Source: Scyliorhinus canicula
Taxonomy: Eukaryota
DNA: 64,000 nt
Assembly: GCF_902713615.1 (NCBI RefSeq)
Contig: NC_052164.1
Location: 95,403,898 to 95,467,897, forward strand
Direction: 5' to 3'
Shown here: positions 1-12,508 of the stretch, one piece after another
How the letters are laid out: every line of letters begins with the position of its first letter
How positions within the stretch are numbered: position 1 is the stretch's first letter
The notes under the pieces: model-generated
Seen by the model: only the letters and a program-made list of their open reading frames with translations
Database searches by the model: none
What the model was told of the DNA's origin: nothing
Position numbers and translations under genes: made by a program

Positions 1-2071
1 CCTCCATGCCTCCGAAATCCGACACTCCTCTGTTGAGAAGGAGTCCCAGGCAATCATTGAAGCGGTGCGGCACTGGAGGCATTACCTGGCTGGCAGGAGA
101 TTCACTCTCCTTACAGACCAACAGTCGGTAGCCTTCATGTTTAACAACACGCAGTGGGGCAAGATCAAAAGCGACAAAACCTTGCGGTGGAGAATCGAGC
201 TCTCCACCTATAATTACGAGATCTTGTATCGCCCCGGCAAGCTCAACGAACCCCCAGACGCCCTCTCCCGAGGTACATGTGCCAGCGCACAAGTGAACCA
301 TCTCCGTGCCTTGCACGAGAGCCTTTGCCATCCAGGGGTCACTCGGTTGTACCACCCGCAATCTGCCCTACTCTGTCGAGGAAGTACGGACAGTCACCAG
401 AGACTGCCAGGTCTGTGCGGAGTGCAAGCCGCACTTCTACCGGCCAGACCGCGCGCGCCTGATGAAAGCGTCCCGCCCCTTTGAACGCCTCAGCATAGAT
501 TTCAAAGGGCCCCTCCCCTCCACCGACCGCAACACCTCCATCCTTAGTGTGGTCGATGAATTCTCTAGGTTCCCCTTCGCCATCCCATGCCCGGATATGA
601 CGTCTGCCACTATCATCAAGGCCCTCAATTCCATATTCGCTCTGTTCGGTTTCCCCGACTATATCCACAGTGACAGGGGATCCTCGTTCATGAGTGATGA
701 GCTGCGTCAGTTCCTGCTCAGCAGGGGTATCGCCTCCAGCAGGACGACCAGCTACAACCCCCTGGGAAACGGGCAGGTAGAGAGGGAGAACGGGACGGTA
801 TGGAGGGCCGTCCAGCTGGCCCTACGGTCCAGGACCCTCCCAGCCACTCACTGGAAGCAGGTCCTCCCTGACGCGCTCCACTCCATTCGGTCACTGCTGT
901 GCACCGCAACTAACAATACATCCCATGAACGTGTTTTTGCCTTCCCTAGGAAGTCTACATCCAGGGTGTCGCTCCCGACTTGGCTCGCAGCTCCAGAGCC
1001 AGTCCTCCTTTGTAGGCATGTCAGGCACCACAAGGCAGAACCCCTGGTGGGCAAGGTACGCCTGCTCCACGCGAACCCCCAATATGCCTACGTGGAGTTC
1101 CCCGATGGCCGCCAGGATACAGTCTCACTCAGGGACCTGGCTCCCTCGGGTGCCGATCCCAAGCCCACACTCCTCCCTACCCACGCGCCACCCTCCTTTT
1201 CCCCGGCGCCCCCGAATTCAGCCCCACCAGGTCTATCCCTCGTTCCCCTGCCCACACTAGAGGACATGGAAGATTTTGGCTGCCTCCCGTAGTCATCCCG
1301 CCACTGGCCAGCACCGACACCGCCAGCACCAACACCGCCAGCACCAACACCGCCAGCACCAACACCGCCAGCACCAACACCGCCAGCACCAACAGCGCCA
1401 GCACCAACACCGCCAGCACCAACACCGCCAGCACCAACACCGCCAGCACCAACACCGCCAGCACCAACACCGCCAGCACCAACACCGCCAGCACCAACAG
1501 CGCCAGCACCAACACCGCCAGCACCAACAGCGCCAGCACCAACACCGCTAGCACCAACACCGCCAGCACCAACAGCGCCAGCACCAACACCGCCAGCACC
1601 AACACCGCCAGCACCAACACCGCCAGCACCAACACCGCCAGCACCAACACCGCCAGCACCAACACCGCCAGCACCAACACCGCCAGCACCAACACCGCCA
1701 GCACCAACATAGCCAGCACCAACAGCGCCAGCACCAACACCGCCAGCACCGACACCGCCAGCACCAACACCGCCAGCACCAACAGCGCCAGCACCAACAC
1801 CGCCAGCACCGACACCGCCAGCACCAACACCGCCAGCACCAACACCGCCAGCACCAACAGCGCCAGCACCAACACCGCCAGCACCAACAGCGCCAGCACC
1901 TACGCCGTCGACATCGACACCGCCAGCCCGACACCGCCAGCACCAACACCGCCAGCACCAACACCGCCAGCACCTACGACGTCAACGCCGACACCGCCTG
2001 TGCAGACGTCGCCATCACTGCTGCGTCGCTCGCAACGGAACGTCTGACCGCCGGTCCGACTCAACCTGTGA
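1..2071 (+). mobile_element. pol: Ty3/Gypsy LTR retrotransposon pol 3' part (RNase H end, integrase, Pro-rich C-terminus); frameshifted
   Basis: ORF 65-484 has the RNase H C-terminal motifs (FTLLTDQQS; YRPGKLNEPPDALSR). ORF 306-1292 has the HHCC remnant and DDE core (RLSIDFKGP, HSDRGSSF, NGQVERENG). The tail LRRSQRNV*PPVRLNL* ends near 2071. Confidence 0.93.
1307..1975 (+). repeat. 15-bp tandem repeat (CCAGCACCAACACCG)n, about 44 copies, inside the Gypsy pol C-terminus
   Basis: Directly visible periodicity; reads PAPTP in the pol frame. Confidence 0.97.
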
Positions 2072-2195
2072 TGGGCACAGGGTTTCCGATGGACTCTTGG
2101 TTCCTTCCCCCCCCCCCCCCCCTCCTCTGTAAATAGATCACGTTTATGTATTATAGTTTCACGTCACCCCCGCCGGACTTTTTACAGGGGGTGAA

Positions 2196-2438
2196 TGTGG
2201 TGATCTCTACCACTGTATATATGTGTGTGCTTGCATTAGGGGATGTATGGCCGTACCTGTATTACAGGTTTGCTGGTAAGCCCCTGCCGGCTAGCTCCGC
2301 CCACAGGGAGCAGTATAAATATTCATAAGTTTCCCTGAGATGCCATTCTACAGCTGCAGCCGAAGGAATAGCATCTCGCTGTAATAAAGCCTCTCTTGTA
2401 CCATATCGAGTCTTTTGTGTGCAATTGTTAGTGCCACA
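2196..2438 (+). mobile_element. 3' LTR of the Gypsy element (243 bp)
   Basis: Preceded by PPT-like AGGGGGTGAA. Ends TGTGG...CCACA. TATAAA near 2314 and AATAAA near 2383. Confidence 0.88.
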
Positions 2439-2561
2439 GGGGTGAAAACCACGCAGACACGGGGAGAATGTGCAAACTCCACACGGACAGTGAGCCGGGG
2501 CCGGGATCGAACCCGGGTCCTCGGCACTGTGAGGCAGCAGTGCTAACCACCGCGCTGCCCT
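2439..2561 (-). mobile_element. HE1-type tRNA-derived SINE 5' part, cut by the LTR element
   Basis: Matches the other SINE copies (B-box GGTTCGATCC on the minus strand) and starts mid-body exactly at the LTR end. Confidence 0.85.
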
Positions 2562-3237
2562 CCTGAGGGAAGAAGATTCTAATGGGATCCTGCTAAACTC
2601 TGTCTCTGCGAATAGTCACTAGTTTGCAACAACATGGTTTCCTGCTCTTGCTCGGTGTACGAGCACACCGCCTCCAGACTCGCGGAGAAAGCGGATAAGG
2701 TTCAGGTTAGAGTACCACACACCATCTGCAGCAAAGCCGAGGCCTCTTGGCACTCCAGCCACCCCACAAGGAAAGTGTTGAATACACAGAAGTCCTCAGT
2801 GCCGTCGCCTCCTGCGTTGGTTTGCAAACGTGATCCTGGTACAAACGCGGAAAGGTTCGACAGACAGCTATAACTTTGCAGCAAATCGTGCGTGCTTTCA
2901 AAATCATTGTTACCAGCTGCCAGTTCACAGTGGGTATGACAGATTCAGGATGCCTGCCAATGAGCAGAGTGGGAAGAGGCAGGGTCCGGTCGCGGTCATT
3001 GTTAGATGTTTCAATTGTGCCAGGAAAGGATCACATCGCTGGCATGTCGTTCCAGCCAATAATATAAAGTTGCCATTCCTGCCACAGGAGGGAACATTTT
3101 CAAACAGTCTCCAGCTTTCAGCTTTCAGCTCCAGGTAAAAAGGTTAAAGGCACATTAGCCTCAACAACGGCTTCTAAAGTACTAGAAAACTCTGGAAAGT
3201 ATTAATGATAGGCAGCATTGTCCATTTGGGAGACTAT

Positions 3238-3558
3238 CAGCTGGATTCTCCGATTTTGCTGCCACCCCCCGTAGGGATGCTCCGCCTGGTGGGGGGCTAG
3301 CAGCCGAGCAACGTAAAGTCCCCGGCTTTACCTGCAGAATCGGATGCAGAATGGCTGGGTCCGTGGCCTCGCATGTGCACAGCGCTGCCTGCCTCAGCCG
3401 CGCCCTACAATGGCCGATCGAGCGCGGACACAGCCTGCCAGATAATGCCCTCCGTAACCCCCTATGCCACTACCGGACCACCCCCCCCACCAGCCCCCCC
3501 AGCCCCGCCGAAGCCCCCCCTGCCAGCGGACTGCCCCTCCCCCCCCCAACTGTGGTGC
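3238..3558. mobile_element. GC-rich MITE fragment (GGATTCTCC terminal-inverted-repeat family)
   Basis: Starts CTGGATTCTCC, like the termini of the copies at 33.3, 36.9 and 54 kb. Confidence 0.55.
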
Positions 3559-3559
3559 C

Positions 3560-6378
3560 GCTGGATACAGTCCTCAGGCACCGCTGGATACAGTCCGCAG
3601 GCTGCGCTGGATACAGTCCGCAGGCTGCGCTGGATACAGTCCGCAGGCTGCGCTGGATACAGTCCGCAGGCTGCGCTGGATACAGTCCGCAGGCTGCGCT
3701 GGATACAGTCCGCAGACACCGCTGGATACAGTCCGCAGACACCGCTGGATACAGTCCGCAGTCTGCGCTGGATACAGTCCGCAGGCTGCGCTGGATACAG
3801 TCCGCAGGCTGCGCTGGATACAGTCCGCAGGCTGCGCTGGATACAGTCCGCAGGCTGCACTGGATACAGTCCGCAGGCTGCGCTGGATACAGTCCGCAGG
3901 CTGCGCTGGATACAGTCCGCAGGCTGCGCACGATACAGTCCGCAGGCACCGCTGGATACAGTCCGCAGGCTGCGCTGGATACAGTCCGCAGGCTGCGCTG
4001 GATACAGTCCTCAGGCTGCGCTGGATACAGTCCGCAGGCTGCGCTGGATACAGTCCGCAGGCTGAGCTGGATACAGTCCGCAGGCTGCACTGGATACAGT
4101 CCGCAGGCTGCACTGGATACAGTCCGCAGGCTGCGCTGGATACAGTCCGCAGGCTGCGCTGGATACAGTCCGCAGGCTGCGCTGGATACAGTCCGCAGGC
4201 GGCGCTGGATACAGTCCGCAGGCACCGCTGCATACAGTCCGCAGGCTGCGCTGGATACAGTCCGCAGGCTGCGCTGGATACAGTCCGCAGACACCGCTGG
4301 ATACATTCCGCAGGCTGCGCTGGATACAGTCCGCAGGCTGCGCTGGATACAGTCCGCAGGCTGCGCTGGATACAGTCCGCAGGCTGCGCTGTATACAGTC
4401 CGCAGGCTGCGCTGGATACAGTCCGCAGGCTGCGCAGGACACAGTCCGCAGGCTGCGCTGGATACAGTCCGCAGGCTGCGCTGGATACAGTCCGCAGACA
4501 CCGCTGGATACAGTCCGCAGGCTGCGCTGGATACAGTCCGCAGGCTGCGCTGGATACAGTCCGCAGGCTGCGCTGGATACAGTCCGCAGGCTGCGCTGGA
4601 TACAGTCCGCAGGCTGCGCTGGATACAGTCCGCAGGCTGCGCTGGATACAGTCCGCAGACACCGCTGGATACAGTCCGCAGGCTGCGCTGGATACAGTCC
4701 GCAGGCACCGCTGGATACAGTCCGCAGGCCGAGCTGGATACAGTCCGCAGGCTGCGCTGGATACAGTCGGCAGGCTGCGCTGGATACAGTCCGCAGGCTG
4801 CGCTGGACACAGTCCGCAGGCTGCGCTGGATACAGTCCGCAGGCTGCGCTGGATACAGTCCGCAGACACCGCTGGATACAGTCCGCAGGCTGCGCTGGAT
4901 ACAGTCCGCAGGCTGCGCTGGATACAGTCCGCAGGCTACGCTGGATACAGTCCGCTGGCTGCGCTGGATACAGTCCTCAGGCTGCGCTGGATACAGTCCG
5001 CAGGCTGCGCTGGATACAGTCCGTAGGCTGCGCTGGATACAGTCCGCAGGCTGCGCTGGATACAGTCCGCAGGCTGCGCTGGATACAGTCCTCAGGCAGC
5101 GCAGGATACAGTCCGCAGGCTGCGCTGGATACAGTCCGCAGGCTGCGCTGGATACAGTCCGCAGGCTGCGCTGGATACAGTCCGCAGGCTGCGCTGGATA
5201 CAGTCCGCAGGCTGCGCTGGATACAGTCCGTAGGCTGCGCTGGATACAGTCCGCAGGCTGCGCTGGATACAGTCCGCAGGTACCGCCGGATACAGTCCCC
5301 AGGCTGAGCTGGATACAGTCCTCAGGCAGCGCAGGATACAGTCCGCAGGCTGAGCTGGATACAGTCCGCAGGCTGCGCTGGATACAGTCCGCAGGCTGCG
5401 CTGGATACAGTCCGCAGGCTGCGCTGGATACAGTCCGCAGGCTGCGCTGGATACAGTCCGCAGGTACCGCTGGATACAGTCCGCAGGCTGCGCTGGATAC
5501 AGTCCGCAGGCACCGCTGCATACAGTCCGCAGGCTGCGCTGGATACAGTCCGCAGGCTGCGCTGGATACAGTCCGCAGGCTGCGCTGTATACAGTCCGCA
5601 GGCTGCGCTGGATACAGTCCGCAGGCACCGCTGGATACAGTCCGCAGGCTGCGCTGGATACAGTCCGCAGGCTGCGCTGGATACAGTCCGCAGGCTGCGC
5701 TGGATACAGTCCGCAGGCTGCGCTGGATACAGTCCGCAGGCTGCGCTGGATACAGTCCGCAGGCTGCGCTGGATACAGTCCGCAGGCTGCGCTGGATACA
5801 GTCCGCAGGCTGCGCTGGATACAGTCCGCAGGCTGCGCTGGATACAGTCCGCAGGCTGCGCAGGACACAGTCCGCAGGCTGCGCAGGATACAGTCCGCAG
5901 GCTGCGCTGGATACAGTCTGCAGGCTGCGCTGGATACAATCCGCTGGCTGCGCTGGATACAGTCCGCAGGCTGCGCTGGATACAGTCTGCAGGCTGCGCT
6001 GGATACAGTCCGCAGGCACCGCTGCATACAGTCCGCAGGCTGCGCTGGATACAGTCCGCAGGCTGCGCTGGATACAGTCCGCAGGCACCGCTGGATACAG
6101 TCCGCAGGCTGCGCTGGATACAGTCCGCAGGCTGCGCTGGATACAGTCCGCAGGCTGCGCTGGATACAGTCCGCAGTCTGCGCTGGATACAGTCCGCAGG
6201 CGGCGCTGGATACAGGCCGCAGGCTGCGCTGGATACAGTCCGCAGGCTGCGCTGGATACAGTCCGCAGGCTGCGCAGGATACAGTCCGCAGGCTGCGCTG
6301 GATACAGTCTGCAGACACCGCTGGATACAGTCCGCAGGCTGCGCTGGATACAGTCCGCAGGCTGCGCAGGATACAGGC
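3560..6378. repeat. 23-bp minisatellite (GCTGGATACAGTCCGCAGGCTGC)n, about 122 copies
   Basis: Direct periodicity. The 23-aa repeat in the ORF track equals 3 units of 23 nt. Confidence 0.98.
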
Positions 6379-6444
6379 CGCTTGCATTGCACTTACCAGT
6401 CTTTGATGTGGTTGATATTTGGGGTTGAGTCACTCATCCATGGA

Positions 6445-7300
6445 GGTAAAGGGGCAGGTGTTGCACTTTCTGTGGTTGCGAGGGAAGGTGCTGTGGGAAG
6501 GGGGTGGGAAGTTGAGTGTAATCACAGAATAACAGAATCGCAGAATATTACAGCACAGAGCAGAAGAGTCCCTTCGGCCCATCGAGTCTGCACCGACGTA
6601 TGAAAGGCCCATGACCTGCCCACCTAATGCCATTTGCCAGTAATGGAGGAATGGATCAGGGTGTCACAGATGGAGCGGTCCCTGCGGAATGTTGGCCGGG
6701 TGAGGGGGGGTGGGGGTGAGGGGACGATGTCTTTCGTGGTGCCATCATGCTGGAGTTGGCAAACATGGCCGAGGATGAGACTTTGAATGCAAAGGCTGGT
6801 GGGGGGTTCAGGGAAGAAGGGGAAGGGGTGAGGGCAGAAAATAGATCGAACCCGGTTGAGTGCCCTGTCAACCACAGCAGGGAGGGAAACCTGCCAGAAG
6901 CGCCAATAACCAAGGTGCGTTATCGGAACAGCTGCAATGGAGGCAGAGAAACTGGGAGAATGGAGGATTCTGGGTGTGCGGAGCTGTAGTCGAGGTAGCT
7001 GTGGGAATGGGTGGGTTTCTAGTGAATATTGGTGGTTTGTCGATGGCCGGAAATGGAGACAGGGAGATCAAGGGAGTGAAGGGTAGTATCAGGGATGGAC
7101 CATGTGAAGGTGAAGGAATGGTGGAAACTGGAGGCAAAATCGATACATTTTTCCAGGTCTGGAAAAGAGCATGAAATGGCACTGGTACAGGCATCGGTGT
7201 AATGGGAAAACAATTGTGATGGGGCCTGAGTAGGAATGTTCCACACAGCTGGCAAAAAGACTGGCATAACTGGGGCCCACGCGGGTACCGATAGCCACAC
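6445..7300 (-). mobile_element. Penelope-like element RT fragment, degenerate, with a SINE tail inserted at about 6522-6640
   Basis: Minus-strand translation NGVAIGTRVGPSYASLF resembles the PLE RT motif GVAMGTRMGPSYANLF. Flanking sequence is shared with the copy at 57.2-57.9 kb. Confidence 0.8.
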
Positions 7301-7304
7301 CATT

Positions 7305-7466
7305 AGCGGGATTCTCCGTCAGCAGGAGCCTCCGCTCCGTCGCCAGCGCAGCCACGCCCACGGGTTCTGCGACGGAGTGGGGGTGGCCACAATGGGAAAC
7401 CTCGCTGGCCGGCTGTGGGAACGAATCCGGCGCCAGATGTACGGGGCTAGCAGAAGGAGAATCTCG
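7305..7466. mobile_element. Short MITE (GGGATTCTCC...GGAGAATC)
   Basis: Inverted termini; internal similarity to 36925-37092. Confidence 0.6.
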
Positions 7467-7867
7467 TTCCTTTTACTTGCGAGTGATTCAAGTTAAAATG
7501 ATTAACGAGTGGCAGAACAAGTTCAGCCAGGAGAACTGGAACGGTGGTGGACGGGGATTATCTTGTCTTCTGCCAGTTCTCCAACAACATTGCTCAATTG
7601 CGTGCTGTCATGATTATGAATTAGATAAATTGGAATTTAGCAGCAGTTAATCTTTCCAGTGAAATATAAATAGGCGACACCTGTTCTGATTGCGTATCTG
7701 ATCGAGTGTCATGTTTCGGATTTCTTTGTTTGTGGCTGACGAGAGCTATTCAGTAACTGAGTCCAACCAGCAGAGGGCACGTAATTCATTGCAATCAAAT
7801 ATCAGCAGCCACTTCACTCTTGTCTGTGGCTGGTTGCTGTTGTGGAAAAATGCATCCCGACAATGAT

Positions 7868-8085
7868 ATAATAATCTTTATTGTCACAAGTAGGCTTACA
7901 TTAACACTGCAATGAAGTCACTGTGAAAATCCCCTAGTCGCCAAATTCCAGTGCGTGTTCAGGTGCACTGAGGGGCTGCGGCTGGTTTAGCTCAGTGGGC
8001 TAACCAGCTGGTTTGAAATGCAGAACAAGGCCAGCAGCACAGGTTCGATTCCCATACCAGCTGAGAATTCTGAATTCTCCCTTTC
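7868..8085. mobile_element. Fragments of a second tRNA-SINE family (minus-strand tail plus plus-strand head)
   Basis: Head GGCTGGTTTAGCTCAGTGG...GGTTCGATTCC and a tail matching the copy at 17457-17640. Confidence 0.7.
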
Positions 8086-8396
8086 ATAGAACATACAGTG
8101 CAGAAGGAGGCCATTCGGCCCATCAAGTCTGTACCAGCCCTCACTCCCACCCTATCCCCGTAACCCAATAACCCCTCCTAACCTTTTTTGGTCACTAAGG
8201 GCAATTTAGCATGGCCAATCCACCTAACCTGCACGTCTTTGGACTGTGGGAGGAAACTGGAGCAGCCGGAGGAAACTCACGCAGACACGGGGAGAAGGTG
8301 CAGACTCCACACAGACAGTGACCCAGCGGGGAATCGAACCTGGGGATTCTGGTGCTGTGAAGCCACAGTGCTAACCACTTGTGCTACCACTGCCCC
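8086..8396 (-). mobile_element. HE1-type SINE, full length, CR1-type tail
   Basis: tRNA-like A/B boxes on the minus strand; tail GGCCTCCTTCTGCACTGTATGTTCTATG. Confidence 0.9.
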
Positions 8397-8614
8397 TTAG
8401 CACCATCATCAGGGAAACTTTTAATTCACTCCGAAGTCTGGTTCAGGCTGAGAAACCCAGTGATAAAACGTATCAAGAATTGGTTAAGATGCTATCAGAC
8501 CATTATTTATCGAAAACATTAATAATCACAGAGAATTTCAGTTTCACCAAAGAAATCTAAAACGGATCTTCAGAGCAACTTCAAGAAACATAGCCGTATA
8601 TTTGGCGACGCAGG

Positions 8615-9140
8615 TTAAAAGCAAATTACTGCGGATGCTGGAATCTGAAACCAAAAAGAAAATGCTGGAAAATCTCAGCAGGTCTGGCAGCATCTGTAGG
8701 GAGAGAGAACGTTTCGAGTCCAGATGACCCTTTGTCAAAGCCAAAGATAGAGAAAGTGGGAAATATTTATACTGTGGAGCGAGAATGCAAGATGAGTCAT
8801 AGCCACAGAAACCCAGGGAAACCGGGTGCTAATGGCTACAGATACCAAGGAGAAAGAGTGTTAATGGCAGTCCCCAGAGAGAACAAATGGTGAGAGAGGC
8901 CAAACAGCAGGGAAACTAACATCAGAGGGTAAAGTGTGACAGATGGAGAAGTGGGGGGGGCGTGGGGGGGTGGCAGGGCGGCGGGGGGAGGGGGGAGCAA
9001 AGGGGGAGAAGGGGGAAGAAAAGATGGATAAGATGGGGGCAGGGTGAGCATATACAAAGAAAGACAAGAGAGAATGAAATGGTAAAAAACAGTTAAAATG
9101 AAATTTAGGCCAAGTGATTGAAAGAAAGGGTTTACACACG
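8615..9140 (-). mobile_element. Penelope-like element 3' terminal region with a degenerate hammerhead motif
   Basis: Terminus shared with 38.6-39.2 kb and 57.2 kb. Minus strand TTGACAAAGGGTCATCTGGACTCGAAACGTT at 8708-8740. Confidence 0.75.
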
Positions 9141-10013
9141 GCACTTAAGAAGATGGAGGCTATTATGGAAGCTCCACGATCAGCGAACGTAACACAGTTA
9201 AGATCATTCCTAGAGTGAATTAACTGCGATGGAAAATTTGTCCCTAATCTAGCAAACTGTTACATAGTTTGATGTTCATATAACAAGCATGGCAATGGAC
9301 ACCAGAATGCGAAGAAGCACATCAGTCAGTTAAACAAGCACTGAGGAAGTCGAAAGTGTTGGTACGTTTCAACCCAAAGATACCATTACCACTTGCCTCT
9401 AATACTATCTGCAAGGGAAGAAAGATCAATAGGTTTTGGGTTGTGTACCACAACAAGTCCTGAATCGAACTGCACTCAGTTGGAGAAGGAGGCACTGAGT
9501 ATTATTTCTGGTGTGAGAAAATTTCACCAATACATCTATGGTCATCATTACACATTGTTGACAAACCGCAGGCCCTTCATAACTATTTTTTGGCCATATA
9601 AATATATTTCTTCTTGGGCAACAGCTAGACAGCAACAATGGTCTTTAATATTATCTCACATTCCTACATCATACCATCAGTCAGGGAGCTATGCCAATGC
9701 TGATGCAATGTCACGTGTGGCTTTGCCTGCTGCTCCAATGCCACTCAATAGTGAAATAGCTACTATTGTGAGCAGGTAGAGTACATTCCAGTGACTGCAG
9801 CTCAGGTCCAATGACAGATCTGAAATGATCCCGTGATAGAAGGATATGGCAATGGCATTGAAGGGGAGGATAGCAGGAACACATGCCGGATATTTCCAGA
9901 AATCCCGAATCGACAATATAGGGCGGATGCCTATAGTGGGGATGAGGGTAATAATTCCTACAAACCTGGGACAATTACATGAAGGGCACCCAAATAGAGT
10001 TAAAACGAAGGAA

Positions 10014-11083
10014 CTGCAAAAACTTCCTATGAAAGGAGACAAGGACGTACCCACAACCGCCACGACAGACACTACTGGAAGACCTACTGGACGCAAGTAT
10101 CCTCGAGAAAGGGAACTGTAGCCTCATGTATGACCGTACTGGACGCAACAAGAATGAAATGGGAGGACGACCTGGGGATTGAGATAGGGTGGGGAATCTG
10201 GAGTGAAGCATTGGGTCAACTCCACCTCCACGTGCGCAAGGCTCAGCCTGACGCAACTAAAAGTGGTACATAGAGCCCACTTAACAAGAAACCGTATGAG
10301 TAGGTTCTTCCCGGAGGTGGAGGACAGATGTGAACGGTGCCAAAGAGGCCCGGCCAACCACGCCCACATGTTCTGGTCTTGCCCCAGACTTGTGGAGTAC
10401 TGGACAGCCTTCTTCGAGGCTATGTCCAAAGTGGTGGGGGTGAGGGTGGAGCCATGCCCGAAAGTGGCGGTCTTCGGGGTTTCAGACCAGCCAGATCTAT
10501 TCCTGGGGAGGAGGGCGGACGCCCTTGCCTTTGCCTCCCTGATCGCCCGCCATAGAATCCTGTTTGGCTGGCGGTCAGCAGCACCACCCAGAGCTGCAGA
10601 CTGGCTGTCCGACCTCTCGGAATCTCTCCAAATGGAGAAAATCAAATTCGCCATCCGAGGGTCGGACGACGGCTTCCACAGAACGTGGGAGCCATTCATG
10701 CAATTGTTCTGGGACCTGTTTGTGGCCAACGTACAAGAGGAAGAATAGTCGGGTGGCCAAGAATCAGGGGAAAATGGACGGGAATCGGGGGAATGTAGCC
10801 GGGGGGGGGGGGGGGGGGGGGGGGGCTGCGGGTTCGTTATGGGGGTTTGATGGCTAGCTAAGGCCCAAAACCAAACTGTAAATAAATGCCTATAAACATG
10901 TGCCTCGGCCATATTGGGGAATGTAAAATATGTAAGCCGGCTAAAGGTGGCGGCCACAGTTGTTATTACGAAGATGCTTACCTGTAAATATACATGTTAA
11001 TTTTTGCGTGTTTTTTTTTCTCTCTAATAATTTGTTATTTGTTCAATATAAAATATGAAAACTCAATAAAAAACATTTTTTAA
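10014..11083 (+). mobile_element. 5'-truncated L1-clade LINE (ORF2 C-terminal CCHC region and 3' UTR)
   Basis: CERCQRGPANHAHMFWSCP; AATAAA and A-tail; 12-bp TSD AAAACGAAGGAA at 10002-10013 and 11084-11095. Confidence 0.93.
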
Positions 11084-11312
11084 AAAACGAAGGAATTCGG
11101 TTGGAACCATTTTTGGTGGACAAGATAGAGGAAAAAGGACTGTGCCAGTCATGTGTGCGGCAAGGAGCACATTGCCATTGTCCCCATTGCATCCATTGGA
11201 GTGGCGTAACATGCCTTGGCAACGTCTTCACATTGACTTTGCTGGTCCCTACGAGGGGCACATGCCCGCGCACTCCAATGGTCCTAATACATTCATTGAA
11301 ATATTCATCGAA

Positions 11313-12508
11313 AATAGAAGGAGGAGGAGATCATCGGCCCTTCGAGCCTGCTCCACCATTCATTATAATCATGGCTGATCATCAAGTTCAATACCCTGAC
11401 CCCACCTTCCCCCCCATATCCCTCGATCCCTTTAGCCCCAAGAGCTATATTTAATTCCTTCTTGAAATTACACAATGTTTTGGCCTCAACTACTTTCTGT
11501 GTTCGTGAATTTCACAGATTCACCGCTCTCTGGGTGAAGAAATTTCTCCTCACCTCAGTCCTAAAAAGGTTTTACCTCTTATCCTCAAACGATGACCCCC
11601 TACTTCTGGACTCCCCCACAATCGAGAACATTCTTTCTGAATCTACCCTGTCTAGTCCTGTTAGAATTTTCTAAGTTTCTGTGAGATCACCTCTCACTCT
11701 TTAAACTCCAATGAATATATTCCAAACCGACTTAGTCTCTCCTCATATGCCAATCCGCCATCCCAAGAATCAGCTTGGTGTTATACCGTCAATTCACTGT
11801 GAGACTGTGAGAACGAGTGAACATTAGGCTTTAATATCCATGAACTCGCCTGCCAGAGTCGGCTGTATGAATGAGTGCCACCAGCAGGTGGCCGGACTAT
11901 ATATGGCCCCGGTGAGGGCGGAGCCCGAGGCAGAGCGCACCGGGGTTCCAGTACAGTACCTGGAAGTAGCCTGTATCATCACTTCCAGGTCATGGGTCAT
12001 ATCATTATACAGACAGTACAGAAAGCTCATGCATTAGGTGAAATACATTCACCACACCTGGTAAACCTTTGCTGCACTCCCTCCATAGCAAGGAAACCTT
12101 CCTCAGATAAGGACACCAAAACTACACACAATACTCCAGGTGTGGCCTCACCAAAGCCCTGTACAATTGCAGTAAAATACCTTTATTCTTCAAATCCTCT
12201 CTTTATGAAGGCCAACATATCAATTGCCTTCTTTACTGCCTGCTGTACCTGCGTGCTTACTTTCAGCAACTGATTCATGAGGACACCAAGGTCTCACTGA
12301 TTAGCCACCTCTTTCAATTTACACCCATTCAAATAATAATCTGTCATCCTATTTTTGCTACCGAAGCGGACAACCACACATTTATCCACATTATACAGCA
12401 TCTGCCATGCATGTGCCCACTCACTCAGCCTGTCCAAATCCCGCTGAAACATCTCCGCATCCTCCTCACAGCTCACCCTCCCACCCAACTTTGCATCATC
12501 AGCAAATG
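11313..12508 (-). mobile_element. CR1-clade LINE 3' fragment
   Basis: FADDAKLGGRV..QRDLDRLSEWAHAWQMLYNVDKC and a typical CR1 3' end. Confidence 0.9.
11779..12056 (-). mobile_element. Solo LTR inserted in the CR1
   Basis: TG...CA ends; 5-bp TSD CTTGG/CCTGG; CR1 sequence resumes on both sides. Confidence 0.8.

Noticed and set aside
1177-1973. Hydrophobic (VLAVL)n, (CWCWR)n and (QHQHR)n ORFs
   Set aside because: Alternative frames of the 15-bp repeat.
3560-6378. CRISPR-like array
   Set aside because: Repeats are contiguous with no unique spacers, there are no cas genes, and the context is eukaryotic.
3351-6433. ORFs of 1025, 987 and 520 aa
   Set aside because: Artefacts of a stop-free 23-bp satellite: open in every frame and with no domain content.
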